DNA of 36,179 nt. Origin: Gemmatimonadota bacterium (GTDB lineage: Bacteria; Gemmatimonadota; Gemmatimonadetes; Gemmatimonadales; GWC2-71-9). Location: positions 1 through 36,179 of the forward strand of contig JBKPGZ010000238.1 of assembly GCA_046729675.1 (NCBI GenBank). The letters run 5' to 3'. This document shows positions 27,526 through 36,179 of the stretch, one piece after another. A program made the position numbers and the translations under genes. The notes under the pieces were generated by a model, which ran no database searches, was not told the DNA's origin, and saw only the letters and a program-made list of their open reading frames with translations. Numbering within the stretch: position 1 is the stretch's first letter; each line of letters starts with the position of its first letter.

Positions 27526-27991
27526 GGCTCGCCCGCAGCTGGGCGATCGCGTCGGCGGCCCCGAGCGCGGCGGCCGCGGCCTCGTGGCCCTTGTTGCCTG
27601 CGCTTCCGCCGGCGCGCTCCATCGCCTGCTGGAGGGTATCCACCGTCAGCACGCCGAAGCCGACCGGGATCGCGTGCTCCCGGGAGACGCCGGTGAGACC
27701 CGTGGCCGCGGCGCCCGCAACGTACTCGAAGTGGGGCGTCTCCCCTCGGATCACCGCTCCCAGCGCTACCAGACAGGCATAGCGCCCCGAGGCCGCCGCC
27801 GCGGCCGCGGTGGCGGTCAGCTCGAACGCCCCCGGGAGCCACACGACGTCCACCTGGTCGCGCGGGACACCGGCCTCGTCGCAGCAGGCCAGCGCTCCGT
27901 CGAGCAGCCTGGCAGTGATCACTTCGTTGTAGCGGCTCACCAGGATGGCGACGCGCCCGTGGTGGCGGGAGCGGAAGGAGAATTCGGGCAC
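27512..27991 (-). CDS. ribH: 6,7-dimethyl-8-ribityllumazine synthase
   Basis: 159 aa. VAILVSRYNEVIT..LL.GA, VPGAFELT, ALGAVIRGETPHFEYV and GFGVLT are RibH signatures. Confidence 0.93.
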   Translation of the reverse strand: MPEFSFRSRHHGRVAILVSRYNEVITARLLDGALACCDEAGVPRDQVDVVWLPGAFELTATAAAAAASGRYACLVALGAVIRGETPHFEYVAGAAATGLTGVSREHAIPVGFGVLTVDTLQQAMERAGGSAGNKGHEAAAAALGAADAIAQLRASHAPD

Positions 27992-27993
27992 GT

Positions 27994-29202
27994 TCAGTGA
28001 GCGAGGAGGTGGCCCAGCTTGTCGCGCTTCACCTGGAGGTAGCCGCGGTTCTCCCGGTTGGGATCGGCGAGCAGCGGCACCCGCTCGACGATCTGCAGCC
28101 CGTAGCCCTCGAGACCGACCAGCTTGCGTGGGTTGTTGGTCATCACCCGGATCGAGGAGAGGCCGAGGTCGCGCAGGATCTGCGCGCCGATGCCGTAGTT
28201 CCGGAGATCCGGCGCGAAGCCGAGCCGCTCGTTGGCCTGCACCGTGTCGGCGCCGGAGTCCTGGAGCGCGTACGCCCGGAGCTTGTTCAGCAGGCCGATG
28301 CCCCGCCCCTCCTGGTCCAGATAGACGATGGCACCCCGGCCCTCCTGCGCGATCAGCTCCATGGCGCGGTGCAGCTGGAAGCCGCAGTCACAGCGCTGGG
28401 ATCCGAAGACGTCGCCGGTGAGACACTTGGAGTGCATCCGCACCAGGATGTTGGGCTGTCCGCCGATCTCGCCGTAGACCAGCGCGACGTGCTCCGCGCG
28501 GTCCACGTCGTTCTGGTAGCCGATCATCCGGAACTCGCCGAACTCGGTGGGCACCCGCGCCTCCGCGACGCGGTGGACCAGCTGCTCGGTCCGGAGCCGG
28601 TAGGCGACGAGCTGGGCGACGGTGACGAAGGTGAGGTTGTGCTGCTGGGCCAGCTCGTGCAGCTCGGGTCGCCGCGCCATGGAGCCGTCCGGGTTCAGGA
28701 TCTCGCAGATCACGCCGGCGGGGATGAGCCCCGCCAGGCGCGCGAGGTCCACGCTGGCTTCGGTCTGGCCGACCCGCTGCAGCACCCCGCCGGGGCGGGC
28801 CCGGAGCGGGAAGATGTGGCCCGGGCGACGGAGATCGGAGGGGATCGTGGCCGGATTGATGGCGACGTGAATCGTGGTCGCGCGGTCCCGGGCCGAGATC
28901 CCGGTGGTCACCCCGAACCTGCGCTCGGCGTCGATGCTGACCGTGAAGGCGGTGGTGAGCTCCTCGGTGTTCCGCTCGGTCATCTGGGGCAGGCCGAGCT
29001 GGTCGCAGCGCTCTCCGGTGAGGGCGAGGCAGATGAGGCCGCGGCCGTGCAGCGTCATGAAGTTGATCGTCTCGGGCGTGACCAGCTCGGCCGCACAGAC
29101 GAAGTCGCCCTCGTTCTCGCGGTCCTCGTCGTCGGCCACGATGACGATCTTGCCGTTGCGCAGGTCCTCGATCGCCTGCTCGATGGTGCCGAAGCCCGAC
29201 AT
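27994..29202 (-). CDS. ribBA: Bifunctional 3,4-dihydroxy-2-butanone-4-phosphate synthase / GTP cyclohydrolase II
   Basis: ATG 29202 gives [35 protein letters not shown] (DHBP synthase). The C-terminal half has [20 protein letters not shown] (GCH-II zinc site). The track start 29268 lies inside a palindromic repeat. Confidence 0.95.
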   Translation of the reverse strand: MSGFGTIEQAIEDLRNGKIVIVADDEDRENEGDFVCAAELVTPETINFMTLHGRGLICLALTGERCDQLGLPQMTERNTEELTTAFTVSIDAERRFGVTTGISARDRATTIHVAINPATIPSDLRRPGHIFPLRARPGGVLQRVGQTEASVDLARLAGLIPAGVICEILNPDGSMARRPELHELAQQHNLTFVTVAQLVAYRLRTEQLVHRVAEARVPTEFGEFRMIGYQNDVDRAEHVALVYGEIGGQPNILVRMHSKCLTGDVFGSQRCDCGFQLHRAMELIAQEGRGAIVYLDQEGRGIGLLNKLRAYALQDSGADTVQANERLGFAPDLRNYGIGAQILRDLGLSSIRVMTNNPRKLVGLEGYGLQIVERVPLLADPNRENRGYLQVKRDKLGHLLAH

Positions 29203-29215
29203 GACACTCCCGATT

Positions 29216-29291
29216 CGGTGAAACGTGAAAGCTGAACAGTGAAAAGGACTTAAAGGTTCCCGTTTCACCTTTCACTTTTCACGTTTTACGG
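29216..29291. repeat. Imperfect palindromic element built of GTGAAAN heptads (copy B)
   Basis: Arms are 29216-29247 and 29260-29291, with 24 of 32 positions complementary. It shares an identical 20-mer TTCACCTTTCACTTTTCACG (29264-29283) with copy A (17700-17719). It spans the ribE stop to ribBA start spacer. Confidence 0.75.
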
Positions 29292-29872
29292 CCTTGGAGT
29301 AGGGCCTGCACGTACTTCCCGATGGTGTCCGCCTCCAGATGCACCCGGTCGCCGGGGCGGCGGTCGCCCAGAGTCGTGTGCTCTAAAGTAAACGGAATCA
29401 GGGAGATCTGGATCGTGCCGGGGTCCGGTACGGCGTTGACGGTGAGGCTCACGCCGTCCACCGTGACCGATCCCAGGGGCACCGAGACCCGAGCCACCTC
29501 GGCGGGCACCTGGAGGTCGAGGAGCCGCGCGTCCTCGCGGGCGGTGACCCGCAGGACGGTGCCCACCCCGTCCACATGGCCCTGCACCAAGTGCCCTCCG
29601 AGCCTGTCGCCGACACGGAGCGCGCGCTCCAGGTTGACGCGGTCGCCCGGCCGCAGGTCGGCGAACCGGGTCCGGTCCAGGGAGGTGCGGACCACATGCA
29701 CCCCGAATTTCCCCTCGCCCAGGCGGGCCACCGTGAGACACGCCCCATCCACGGCGACGCTCTCGCCGGCCACCAGGTCGGTCCAGGAGCAGGTGATGTC
29801 CAGGTCCCGCCCGCCGTCGGCCGGGCGGGCTTCCAGCAGGGTCCCGATCTCGGTGATGATGCCCGTGAACAT
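29279..29872 (-). CDS. ribE: Riboflavin synthase (alpha chain)
   Basis: ATG 29872 gives MFTGIITEIGTL; the internal repeat is GHLVQGHVDGVGTV. TGATG overlap with the ribD stop. Confidence 0.9.
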   Translation of the reverse strand: MFTGIITEIGTLLEARPADGGRDLDITCSWTDLVAGESVAVDGACLTVARLGEGKFGVHVVRTSLDRTRFADLRPGDRVNLERALRVGDRLGGHLVQGHVDGVGTVLRVTAREDARLLDLQVPAEVARVSVPLGSVTVDGVSLTVNAVPDPGTIQISLIPFTLEHTTLGDRRPGDRVHLEADTIGKYVQALLQGRKT

Positions 29873-30948
29873 CAGCGGTGATCCACCACCAGGAGCGTGT
29901 CCTCGCCGAGCGCCCGGCGTTCGACCACCGCCCACCGTTCCACGGCGGCGATCGGCTCGCTGGGCAGGTCGGCGAAGGCGGGGACGCCGCGCTCACCGAG
30001 CCAGAGCGGGCTCTGGATCCAGTAGTACCGGTCCACCAGGCCACGAGCCAGCAGGGCCCCAGCGAGCCTGCCTCCGCCTTCGACCAGCACGGAGCCGATG
30101 CCCGCGCCGCGAAGCTGACCCAGACCCTCCTCGAGCGATCCCGCGCGCAGAACCGCGACGCCGGCCAGCTCGAGACGGCGCAGGTTGGCCGTCGGAGCGT
30201 CTGGCGAGGCAACCACGATGGTCTCCACCTCCGCCGCCGTGCGCACCAGGGTCAGATCCGTGCTCAACTCGCCAGTCGGGTCGAAGACGACACGGCGTGG
30301 AGTGACTCGTGGCTCCACGGCGCCGCGTGCAGTGAGCTGAGGGTCGTCCTGGCGCGCGGTCCGCCCACCCACCGCGATGGCGTCGAAACCGGCGCGAAGC
30401 CAGTGCACGTACTCCCGCGCCTGGTTGCCTGAGATCCATCGCGACTGGCCGGCGGAGTCGGCGATCCGTCCGTCGAGGCTGGTGGCGAGCTTGAGCGCGA
30501 CGAACGGCCTGTTCGCCTCGCGGAACCGGTGCAGGAAGATCGCGTTCTGCGCCTCGGCCGCCTCCCGCTCCAGCCCGATCCGGACCTCGACGCCACCGGC
30601 GGCGAGCTTCGCCGCGCCGCCGCTCGCCTCCGGATTGGGATCGGGCATCGCCACCACCACCCTGCGCACGCCCGACACCAGCACCGCGTTGGTGCAGGGC
30701 GGCTGCTTCGCCTGGTGGTTGCAGGGCTCCAGCGTGACTACCAGCGTCGCACCGCGCGCCCGCTCGCCCGCTGCTTCCAGGGCCAGGGGCTCCGCGTGCC
30801 GCTCCCCGAACTCCGCATGCCACCCTTCGCCGACGACACGTCCATCACTCGACAGCACCACGGCACCCACCAGCGGATTCGGCTGTACCCTCCCCCAACC
30901 TCGCCACGCGAGGTCGAGGGCCCGGGTCATTGCCTCCCGCTCGTCCAC
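29872..30948 (-). CDS. ribD: Bifunctional riboflavin biosynthesis deaminase/reductase RibD
   Basis: 358 aa. HAE...LEPCNHQAKQPPC is the CDA zinc motif. The C-terminal reductase domain shows LKLATSLDGRIA and VLVEGGGRLAGALL. Confidence 0.93.
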   Translation of the reverse strand: MDEREAMTRALDLAWRGWGRVQPNPLVGAVVLSSDGRVVGEGWHAEFGERHAEPLALEAAGERARGATLVVTLEPCNHQAKQPPCTNAVLVSGVRRVVVAMPDPNPEASGGAAKLAAGGVEVRIGLEREAAEAQNAIFLHRFREANRPFVALKLATSLDGRIADSAGQSRWISGNQAREYVHWLRAGFDAIAVGGRTARQDDPQLTARGAVEPRVTPRRVVFDPTGELSTDLTLVRTAAEVETIVVASPDAPTANLRRLELAGVAVLRAGSLEEGLGQLRGAGIGSVLVEGGGRLAGALLARGLVDRYYWIQSPLWLGERGVPAFADLPSEPIAAVERWAVVERRALGEDTLLVVDHR

Positions 30949-30960
30949 GACGGCTCTCTC

Positions 30961-31986
30961 TCAGGATGGCTCGAATCTGACCGTCTGCGATCCCGGCCGG
31001 ATCTCGCCCATGGTCCAGGTGGCGACGCCGTCCGCCTGCGCGGCCGCCTGAGCAGCCGGCACGGCCTGAGGCGGCAGCACGGCGATGAGACCCACGCCGA
31101 GGTTGAACACGTCTCGCATTTCCTCGGTGGAGACTGCGCCCTCCCGCTGCAGGACGCGGAAGAGCGGCGGGATCTCCCAGCCCCCGGGCTCCACGACCGC
31201 CTCGCATCCTGGGGGCAGTATCCGCACCAGGTTGCCGGGGATCCCTCCGCCCGTGATGTGCGCCATGCCGTGCAGCTGGGCGACGACCGGCCTCACGCTC
31301 CGGTAGTAGCTGCGGTGCACGTCCAGCAGCACCTCCGCGACGGAGCGATCCAGCTCCGCGAGCCGATCGTCTATGGCGAGCCCCATGCGCTCGAACACGA
31401 TCCGGCGCGCCAGCGTGTAGCCGTTGGTGTGGAGGCCGGTGGAGGCGTACCCCAGGAGCACGTCCCCCGGACTGATGGCATCCCCGTGGATCGCGGCCTC
31501 CTCCTCGACGACGCCGATGATGGTGCCGGCCAGGTCGTAGGTTCCGGGGCGATAGAGGCCGGGCATCTGGGCCGTCTCCCCGCCCGCGAGCGCCATATCG
31601 TGCGCCCGGCACGCCCGGGCAATACCCTCGACGATGCCGGCGATCGGCTCCACGCCCAGTCCCGATCCCGCGATGTAGTCCATGAAGGCGATCGGAGTGG
31701 CCCCGTGGACCAGGATATCGTTGACGCTGTGGTTGACGAGGTCCTCGCCCACGGTGTCGAACCGGCCGGCCTCGAGGGCGACCAGCACCTTGGTGCCGAC
31801 TCCGTCGGTGCTGAGCACGAGCGTGGGCCGACGCATGCCGGGTGGAATCCGCACCATTCCCCCGAAGGCTCCGACATGCCCCGCGCTGAGCGCGGTGCGG
31901 GTGCCCGCCACCGCTCTCGCGATCCTCGCCTTGGCCGCTTCGGCCCCCTCGAGATCCACCCCCGCTTCCGCGTACTGGCGGGTCAT
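30961..31986 (-). CDS. purM: Phosphoribosylformylglycinamidine cyclo-ligase (AIR synthetase)
   Basis: ATG 31986 gives MTRQYAEAGVDLEGAEAAK...LVLSTDGVGTKVLVA...DLVNHSVNDILVHGA...AHITGGG. ATGA overlap with the upstream PfkB stop; the track ORF (32667) is over-extended. Confidence 0.95.
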   Translation of the reverse strand: MTRQYAEAGVDLEGAEAAKARIARAVAGTRTALSAGHVGAFGGMVRIPPGMRRPTLVLSTDGVGTKVLVALEAGRFDTVGEDLVNHSVNDILVHGATPIAFMDYIAGSGLGVEPIAGIVEGIARACRAHDMALAGGETAQMPGLYRPGTYDLAGTIIGVVEEEAAIHGDAISPGDVLLGYASTGLHTNGYTLARRIVFERMGLAIDDRLAELDRSVAEVLLDVHRSYYRSVRPVVAQLHGMAHITGGGIPGNLVRILPPGCEAVVEPGGWEIPPLFRVLQREGAVSTEEMRDVFNLGVGLIAVLPPQAVPAAQAAAQADGVATWTMGEIRPGSQTVRFEPS

Positions 31987-32903
31987 GGCAACGCCTCCGC
32001 GAGGCGGACGTGGGTCAGGTCCTGGAAGGCGCGCACTCGCGCTTCCACATCCGCGAGCGTGATCCGCTCGAACGCCCGGATGCCGAACTGCTCCACGGCG
32101 TAGGAGCCCATCGCGGCGCCGTACACCATCGCGCGGCGGATGTTGTCCTCCGAGACCGAGCCGGTGCGCGCCAGGTAGGCCATGAACCCGCCCGCGAACG
32201 CGTCCCCCGCGCCGGTGGGATCGAACACATTTTCGAGCGGGAACGCCGGCACGTAGAACGTTCGGGTGGGCTCGATGAGCAGGGCGCCGTACTCGCCCTG
32301 CTTGATCACCACTCGCCCCGGTCCCTGCCCCAGGATCCACCGTCCCGCCCGGTGGATGTTCCAATCGCCGCTCAGCTCCCGGGCTTCGCTGTCGTTCACC
32401 ATGAGCACGTCCACGCGACCGAGCAGCTCGAGCAGAGGCTCGCGCTTCCCGTGGATCCAGTAATTCATCGTGTCGCACACCACGAGTCTTGGCCGCTTCA
32501 CCTGGCCGAGCACCCCGATCTGTAGCTCGGGATCGATGTTGCCGAGGAAGACGTACTCGGCAGCGCGGAAGCCTTCGGGGATCTTGGGCTGGAAGTGGGC
32601 GAAGACGCCCAGCCGGGTCTCGAGCGTCTCCCGGCTCTGGAGGTCGTAGCTGTACTTCCCCTTCCACCGGAAGCTCACGCCCTGCGCGCGCTCGACTCCC
32701 GACCAGTCGATCCCGCGTGGCGCAAGCGCCTCCAGCTCGTGCACCGGATAGTCGCTTCCCACCACGCCGACCACCTGCACCGGGTGCAGCAGCGAGCCCG
32801 CCACGCTGAAGTACACGGCGGAGCCGCCGAGGGCATCGGCCGTCTCTCCGAAGGGGGTGAAGATCGAGTCCAGCGCCACGCTGCCCACCACGAGAAGACT
32901 CAT
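31983..32903 (-). CDS. PfkB-family carbohydrate/nucleoside kinase
   Basis: ATG 32903 gives MSLLVVGSVALDSI.T..G....LGGSA.YFS. The C-terminal DPTGAGDAFAGGF is the PfkB ATP/anion-hole motif. Substrate unknown. Confidence 0.8.
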   Translation of the reverse strand: MSLLVVGSVALDSIFTPFGETADALGGSAVYFSVAGSLLHPVQVVGVVGSDYPVHELEALAPRGIDWSGVERAQGVSFRWKGKYSYDLQSRETLETRLGVFAHFQPKIPEGFRAAEYVFLGNIDPELQIGVLGQVKRPRLVVCDTMNYWIHGKREPLLELLGRVDVLMVNDSEARELSGDWNIHRAGRWILGQGPGRVVIKQGEYGALLIEPTRTFYVPAFPLENVFDPTGAGDAFAGGFMAYLARTGSVSEDNIRRAMVYGAAMGSYAVEQFGIRAFERITLADVEARVRAFQDLTHVRLAEALP

Positions 32904-32907
32904 CGGG

Positions 32908-34548
32908 TCACATCCGATCGGGGGCGGAGATGCCCAGGAGCGTGAGGCCGTTGGCAAGCACGATGCGCGCCGCGCGCGCGAGGAGGAGCCGGGCGCGCTC
33001 GGTCTCGGGACCCTCGGGGGCCCCCACCGCCCGCGTGTGGTGATACCAGCCGTGCACCACCGTCGCGAGCTCGTGCAGAAAGACGGTGATGCGATGCGGC
33101 TCCCGCTCCCGCGCCGCGCGGGTGACGATGTCGGGGAACGTCACCAGCTTCTTCAACAGCTCGGTGTCCTGCGGTGCCGGGAGTGCGGCGAGATCGAGCT
33201 CGCCGGTGACGGAATCGGGATCCCGCTCCGCGGTCCGGAAGATGCCGCTTAGACGGGCGTGGGCCATCTGCACGTAGAAGACCGGGTTCTCGTCGGTCTG
33301 CTTCTTGGCCAGCTCGACGTCGAAGTCGAGCGGGCTCGCGCCCTTCCGGGCCAGGAAGAAGTAGCGCGCGGCGTCCACCCCGACCTCTTCCACCAAATCC
33401 CGCAGGGTGACGAACTCCCCGGAGCGCTTGGACATCTTCACTTCTTCGCCCTCGCGCATCACCTTCACCAGCTGCACCAGCTCCACCCCGAAGAAGTCCG
33501 CGGGGTAGCCGAGCGCGAGCAGGACCGCCTTCATCCGCGGGATGTAGCCGTGATGATCGGCGCCCCAGACGTCGATCGCCCGATCGAAGCCGCGGTCGTG
33601 CTTGTCGATGTGGTAGGCGATGTCGGGCACGAGGTAGGTCAGCGAGCCGTCGCCCTTCCGCAGCACGCGGTCCTTGTCGTCACCGAACTGGGTGGTGCGG
33701 AGCCAGAGCGCGCCCTCCGCCTCGTAGGTCAAGCCACGCTCGGAGAGCAGCTCGATGGCGCGAGTCACCCGGCCGGCGTCGTAGATGGCTTGCTCCGAGG
33801 ACATCACGTCGAACTGGACGCCGAAGTCGGCGAGGTCGCGATCCTGCTCCTCGCGCTGCATGCCCACGCCGAGCGCGCGGGCCCGGCGGATGCCTTCCTT
33901 CGGAGGGAGGCGGGCGAACTCGGGCTCCGCGGCCAGGATCTGGCGGGCGTTTTCCCGGAGGTATTCGCCGTGGTAGCCGCCCTCGGGGATCTCCGCGGCC
34001 TCGCCCGCTTCCTGGCGGACTCGGGCCCAGAGGCTTTCAGCCAGCCGGTCGATCTGCACCCCGGCGTCGTTGATGTAGAACTCGCGGGTGACCGCATGCC
34101 CGGTCCACTCGTACAGCGACGCGATCGCGTCGCCCAGAGCGGCACCGCGGCCGTGCCCCACATGGAGGGGCCCGGTCGGATTCGCGGAGACGAATTCGAT
34201 GTTGACCTTGAGGCCGGCGCCCTCGGCACTGCGGCCGTAGTGGCGACCTTGCTCCAGGATGGCGGCCACGGCGGCCGCGAGCTGGTTCTCGGCCAGCCAG
34301 AAGTTGATGAACCCCGGGCCGGCGATCTCGACTCTGGAGACGAGCGACGAGGGAAGCCGCAGCTCCGTCACCACCCGCTCGGCCATGTCTCTCGGCTTGG
34401 TCCGTTCCCGTCGTGCAAGCAGCATGGCGAGGTTGGTGGCCAGGTCGCCGTGGCCGGCGTCGCGGGGGCGCTCGAGGACGAACTCGAGCCCGTCGGCGCC
34501 GAACCCGGCGGCCACCCGCTCGAGCTCGGCGCGGATCGGGTCGCTCAC
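32908..34548 (-). CDS. argS: Arginine-tRNA ligase
   Basis: 546 aa. FVSANPTGPLHVGHGRGA is the HIGH motif, MSKRSG the KMSK motif, and the C-terminal anticodon-binding DALR domain ends ..GISAPDRM. Confidence 0.96.
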   Translation of the reverse strand: MSDPIRAELERVAAGFGADGLEFVLERPRDAGHGDLATNLAMLLARRERTKPRDMAERVVTELRLPSSLVSRVEIAGPGFINFWLAENQLAAAVAAILEQGRHYGRSAEGAGLKVNIEFVSANPTGPLHVGHGRGAALGDAIASLYEWTGHAVTREFYINDAGVQIDRLAESLWARVRQEAGEAAEIPEGGYHGEYLRENARQILAAEPEFARLPPKEGIRRARALGVGMQREEQDRDLADFGVQFDVMSSEQAIYDAGRVTRAIELLSERGLTYEAEGALWLRTTQFGDDKDRVLRKGDGSLTYLVPDIAYHIDKHDRGFDRAIDVWGADHHGYIPRMKAVLLALGYPADFFGVELVQLVKVMREGEEVKMSKRSGEFVTLRDLVEEVGVDAARYFFLARKGASPLDFDVELAKKQTDENPVFYVQMAHARLSGIFRTAERDPDSVTGELDLAALPAPQDTELLKKLVTFPDIVTRAAREREPHRITVFLHELATVVHGWYHHTRAVGAPEGPETERARLLLARAARIVLANGLTLLGISAPDRM

Positions 34549-34877
34549 TCCTTCGCGGCCTTCCCCTCGCCCTTACCTGTCGCCGGCTTGGACGAGGAGG
34601 ACTCGGGCTTGGCCTTGCTCTCGGTCCCGCCGGAGGCCCCCGTGCCCTCGGTCGGCATGGCCGGCTTGTCGGCCTCGGGCTTGCGGGGTCCTTTGCCGTC
34701 CTTGCCGTAGTCCGTGATATAGAATCCGCTGCCCCGGAACACGAGCCCGGCGCCCCCGGAGATCTTCCGCGTCCCCGCTTTGCCGCAGACGGGACACTTG
34801 GCGCGGGGCTTGTCGCTGATTTTCTGGAACTTCTCGAAGGTGTGGCCTTCGGGGCACTCGTACTCGTATGTCGGCAT
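34545..34877 (-). CDS. FmdB-family zinc-ribbon protein (CxxC_CxxC_SSSS type)
   Basis: MPTYEYECPEGHTFEKFQKISD...KCPVCG......ISGGAGLVFRGSGFY.TDY is the family signature. The tail is low-complexity and K/G/E-rich. ATGA overlap with the argS start. Confidence 0.82.
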   Translation of the reverse strand: MPTYEYECPEGHTFEKFQKISDKPRAKCPVCGKAGTRKISGGAGLVFRGSGFYITDYGKDGKGPRKPEADKPAMPTEGTGASGGTESKAKPESSSSKPATGKGEGKAAKE

Positions 34878-34976
34878 CGGCGCTCGGCTGAAGGTAAACG
34901 AAATCAGCGGACTAACTTAGCTTCGTTCGGGCGGGGGTTCAAGCGGGCTTTGGTCTAGGTTCACGAGCTCCATCGG

Positions 34977-34997
34977 TTCACCACAGAGGCACGGAGG
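34977..34997. repeat. Inverted repeat, left copy (TTCACCACAGAGGCACGGAGG)
   Basis: The reverse complement matches 35385-35405 at 20 of 21 positions. It lies 15 nt beyond the restored GxxExxY stop. Confidence 0.85.
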
Positions 34998-35011
34998 GCT
35001 GGAGGTGCTCC

Positions 35012-35409
35012 TCAGCCGTTCAGGATCCGTCTCATGCCGTCCTTGATGAACTTGACGTTGAAGTTGAAGGGGAGGCCGATGCGAAGGTTGGTGAGCTTGA
35101 GGTAGGTGAGGAGCTGGGCTCGGTGGACTTCATGCAGGGCTCCACGGACTTCACTTCGACGATGACCCGGTCCTCGATGCGCAGATCCAATCGTATCCCC
35201 GTCTTCAGGTCGAGGCCCTTGTAGCGTACCGGGACAAGCGCCTGCCGCTGAACTCGAGGGCCCCGACTCAGAAGCTCATAGGAGAGAGCCGCCTCGTAGA
35301 CCGACTCCAACAATCCCGGCCCGAGAATCCTGTGCACTTCGATCGCCGAGCCGATGATCTCGTGCGTCAACACATTAACCCCAACCTCCGTGGCTCTGTG
35401 GTGAATCAT
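35012..35409 (-). pseudogene. GxxExxY (PD-(D/E)XK-like) family gene with a 1-nt frameshift
   Basis: From ATG 35409: MIHHRATEVGVNVLTHEIIGSAIEVHRILGPGLLESVYEAAL...IVEVKSVE (GLLESVY is the GxxExxY motif). After about 35137-35141 the track frame becomes S/T/P junk. Shifting one base restores ALHEVHRAQLLTYLKLTNLRIGLPFNFNVKFIKDGMRRILNG, ending at the stop 35012-35014. That is the canonical family C-terminus. Confidence 0.75.
35385..35405. repeat. Inverted repeat, right copy (CCTCCGTGGCTCTGTGGTGAA)
   Basis: Partner of 34977-34997. It overlaps codons 2-9 (IHHRATEV) of the GxxExxY gene. Confidence 0.85.
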
Positions 35410-35471
35410 GACGGAAGCCTGCGAAGCGACGCCCGCCGGCACCAATCCGCGGAGCGCAGCTCGACACCCGA

Positions 35472-36179
35472 TTACGCCGGCCGGTACACGCCCCAGACAG
35501 CCCGAAGCGTATCGCTGATCTCCCCAAGGGTGGCTCTCGCCCTCACTGCATCGAGGATGGGCGGCATGAGCGGATGGGTGCCCTCGGCGGCGGTGCGGAG
35601 CGTGGAGAGGGCTGCCGTGACTGCGGCGGTGGCGCGACGCTGCTTCACTCCAGCGAGCCTCGCCTTCTGGTCGGCCTCGAGAGCCGAAAAGTCTGGCGTC
35701 TCGATCCTCGGGGGTGGGCTGTCGTCGGTGAATCGGTTCACCCCCACGACGACCTGGTCACCCGACTCCTGACGCTGCTGGAGCTCCCAGGCGCTACGGG
35801 CGATCGCCTCCTGAAAGAAGCCGCGCTCGATCGCTTTCGCGGCGCCGCCCAGGGCGTCCACCTGCTCGATCAAGGCTCGAGCGCCCGCCTCGATCCGGTC
35901 GGTGAGCGACTCCACGTACCAGCTGCCGGCAAGCGGGTCCACGATCCTGTTCATCCCGCTCTCGTACGCAATCACCTGCTGGGTGCGGAGCGCCAGCGTG
36001 GCCGACTCGGCCGTGGGGAGCGCCAGGGCCTCGTCGTAGCCGTTGGTGTGCAGCGACTGGGTGCCGCCCAGTACCGCGGCGAGGGCTTGTACCGTGACTC
36101 GCACGACGTTGTTGAGCGGCTGCTGTGCCTGGAGGGTGACGCCCCCGGTCTGGGTGTGGAAGCGGAGCCTGGCGGTCGC
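35472..36179 (-). CDS. Methylmalonyl-CoA mutase catalytic (N-terminal-domain type) subunit, 3' part (5' end beyond right edge)
   Basis: The frame is open to base 36179 (..[56 protein letters not shown]..), which is the conserved MCM TIM-barrel core. It ends ..[18 protein letters not shown] without a B12-binding domain. Confidence 0.9.
   Translation of the reverse strand, partial: ATARLRFHTQTGGVTLQAQQPLNNVVRVTVQALAAVLGGTQSLHTNGYDEALALPTAESATLALRTQQVIAYESGMNRIVDPLAGSWYVESLTDRIEAGARALIEQVDALGGAAKAIERGFFQEAIARSAWELQQRQESGDQVVVGVNRFTDDSPPPRIETPDFSALEADQKARLAGVKQRRATAAVTAALSTLRTAAEGTHPLMPPILDAVRARATLGEISDTLRAVWGVYRPA

Noticed and set aside
30949-30960. Expected FMN riboswitch upstream of ribD and SAM riboswitch upstream of metK (20317-20360).
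   Set aside because: The spacers are only 12 nt and 44 nt, too short for either aptamer. No FMN or SAM consensus is seen elsewhere in the window.
34931-34950. GGGGGTTCAAGCGGGC resembles a tRNA T-arm, in the spacer upstream of fmdB.
   Set aside because: I could not build an acceptor, D or anticodon stem around it. It is probably a coincidence.

Overview
High-GC (about 70% by eye) bacterial chromosomal segment, mostly housekeeping genes. All product calls come from motifs I recognise in the translations; I ran no searches. Only four genes at 2063-4863 are on the + strand. From about 4.9 kb to the right edge every credible gene is on the - strand, often with 1-16 nt stop/start overlaps.

Gene content, left to right:
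- type III glutamine synthetase (5' part) and an ADP-ribosylglycohydrolase
- tRNA-Ser(CGA)
- VOC protein, aldo/keto reductase, SPFH/prohibitin
- tadA, clpB
- a small secreted FlgD-Ig/T9SS-CTD-like protein
- selB, recO
- a beta-propeller lipoprotein
- a btuD/btuC/btuF-like ABC importer preceded by a clear cobalamin riboswitch
- a membrane-anchored CarboxypepD_reg-like protein
- an orphan lipoprotein
- a DUF151 bifunctional nuclease
- ahcY, metK
- a complete mannose-family PTS (ptsI, ptsH, IID, IIC, IIB, IIA) with hprK and hpf
- a GT4 glycosyltransferase
- nusB-ribH-ribBA-ribE-ribD, purM
- a PfkB kinase, argS, an FmdB zinc-ribbon protein
- a frameshifted GxxExxY gene
- the 3' part of a split-type methylmalonyl-CoA mutase catalytic subunit

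I found no CRISPR array, transposase, integrase or recognisable defence system.

Items most worth a second look:
1. A 688-bp AT-richer islet with one orphan lipoprotein gene. It is bounded by a perfect 21-bp direct repeat that duplicates the last codons and stop of the nuclease gene.
2. A B12-riboswitch-controlled uptake operon that continues into a beta-propeller lipoprotein.
3. Two copies of a long imperfect palindrome built from GTGAAAN heptads, in intra-operon spacers.
4. A frameshifted GxxExxY gene bracketed by 21-nt inverted repeats.
5. An ADP-ribosylglycohydrolase directly upstream of GSIII.

The phylum guess (Gemmatimonadota-like) is inference only.
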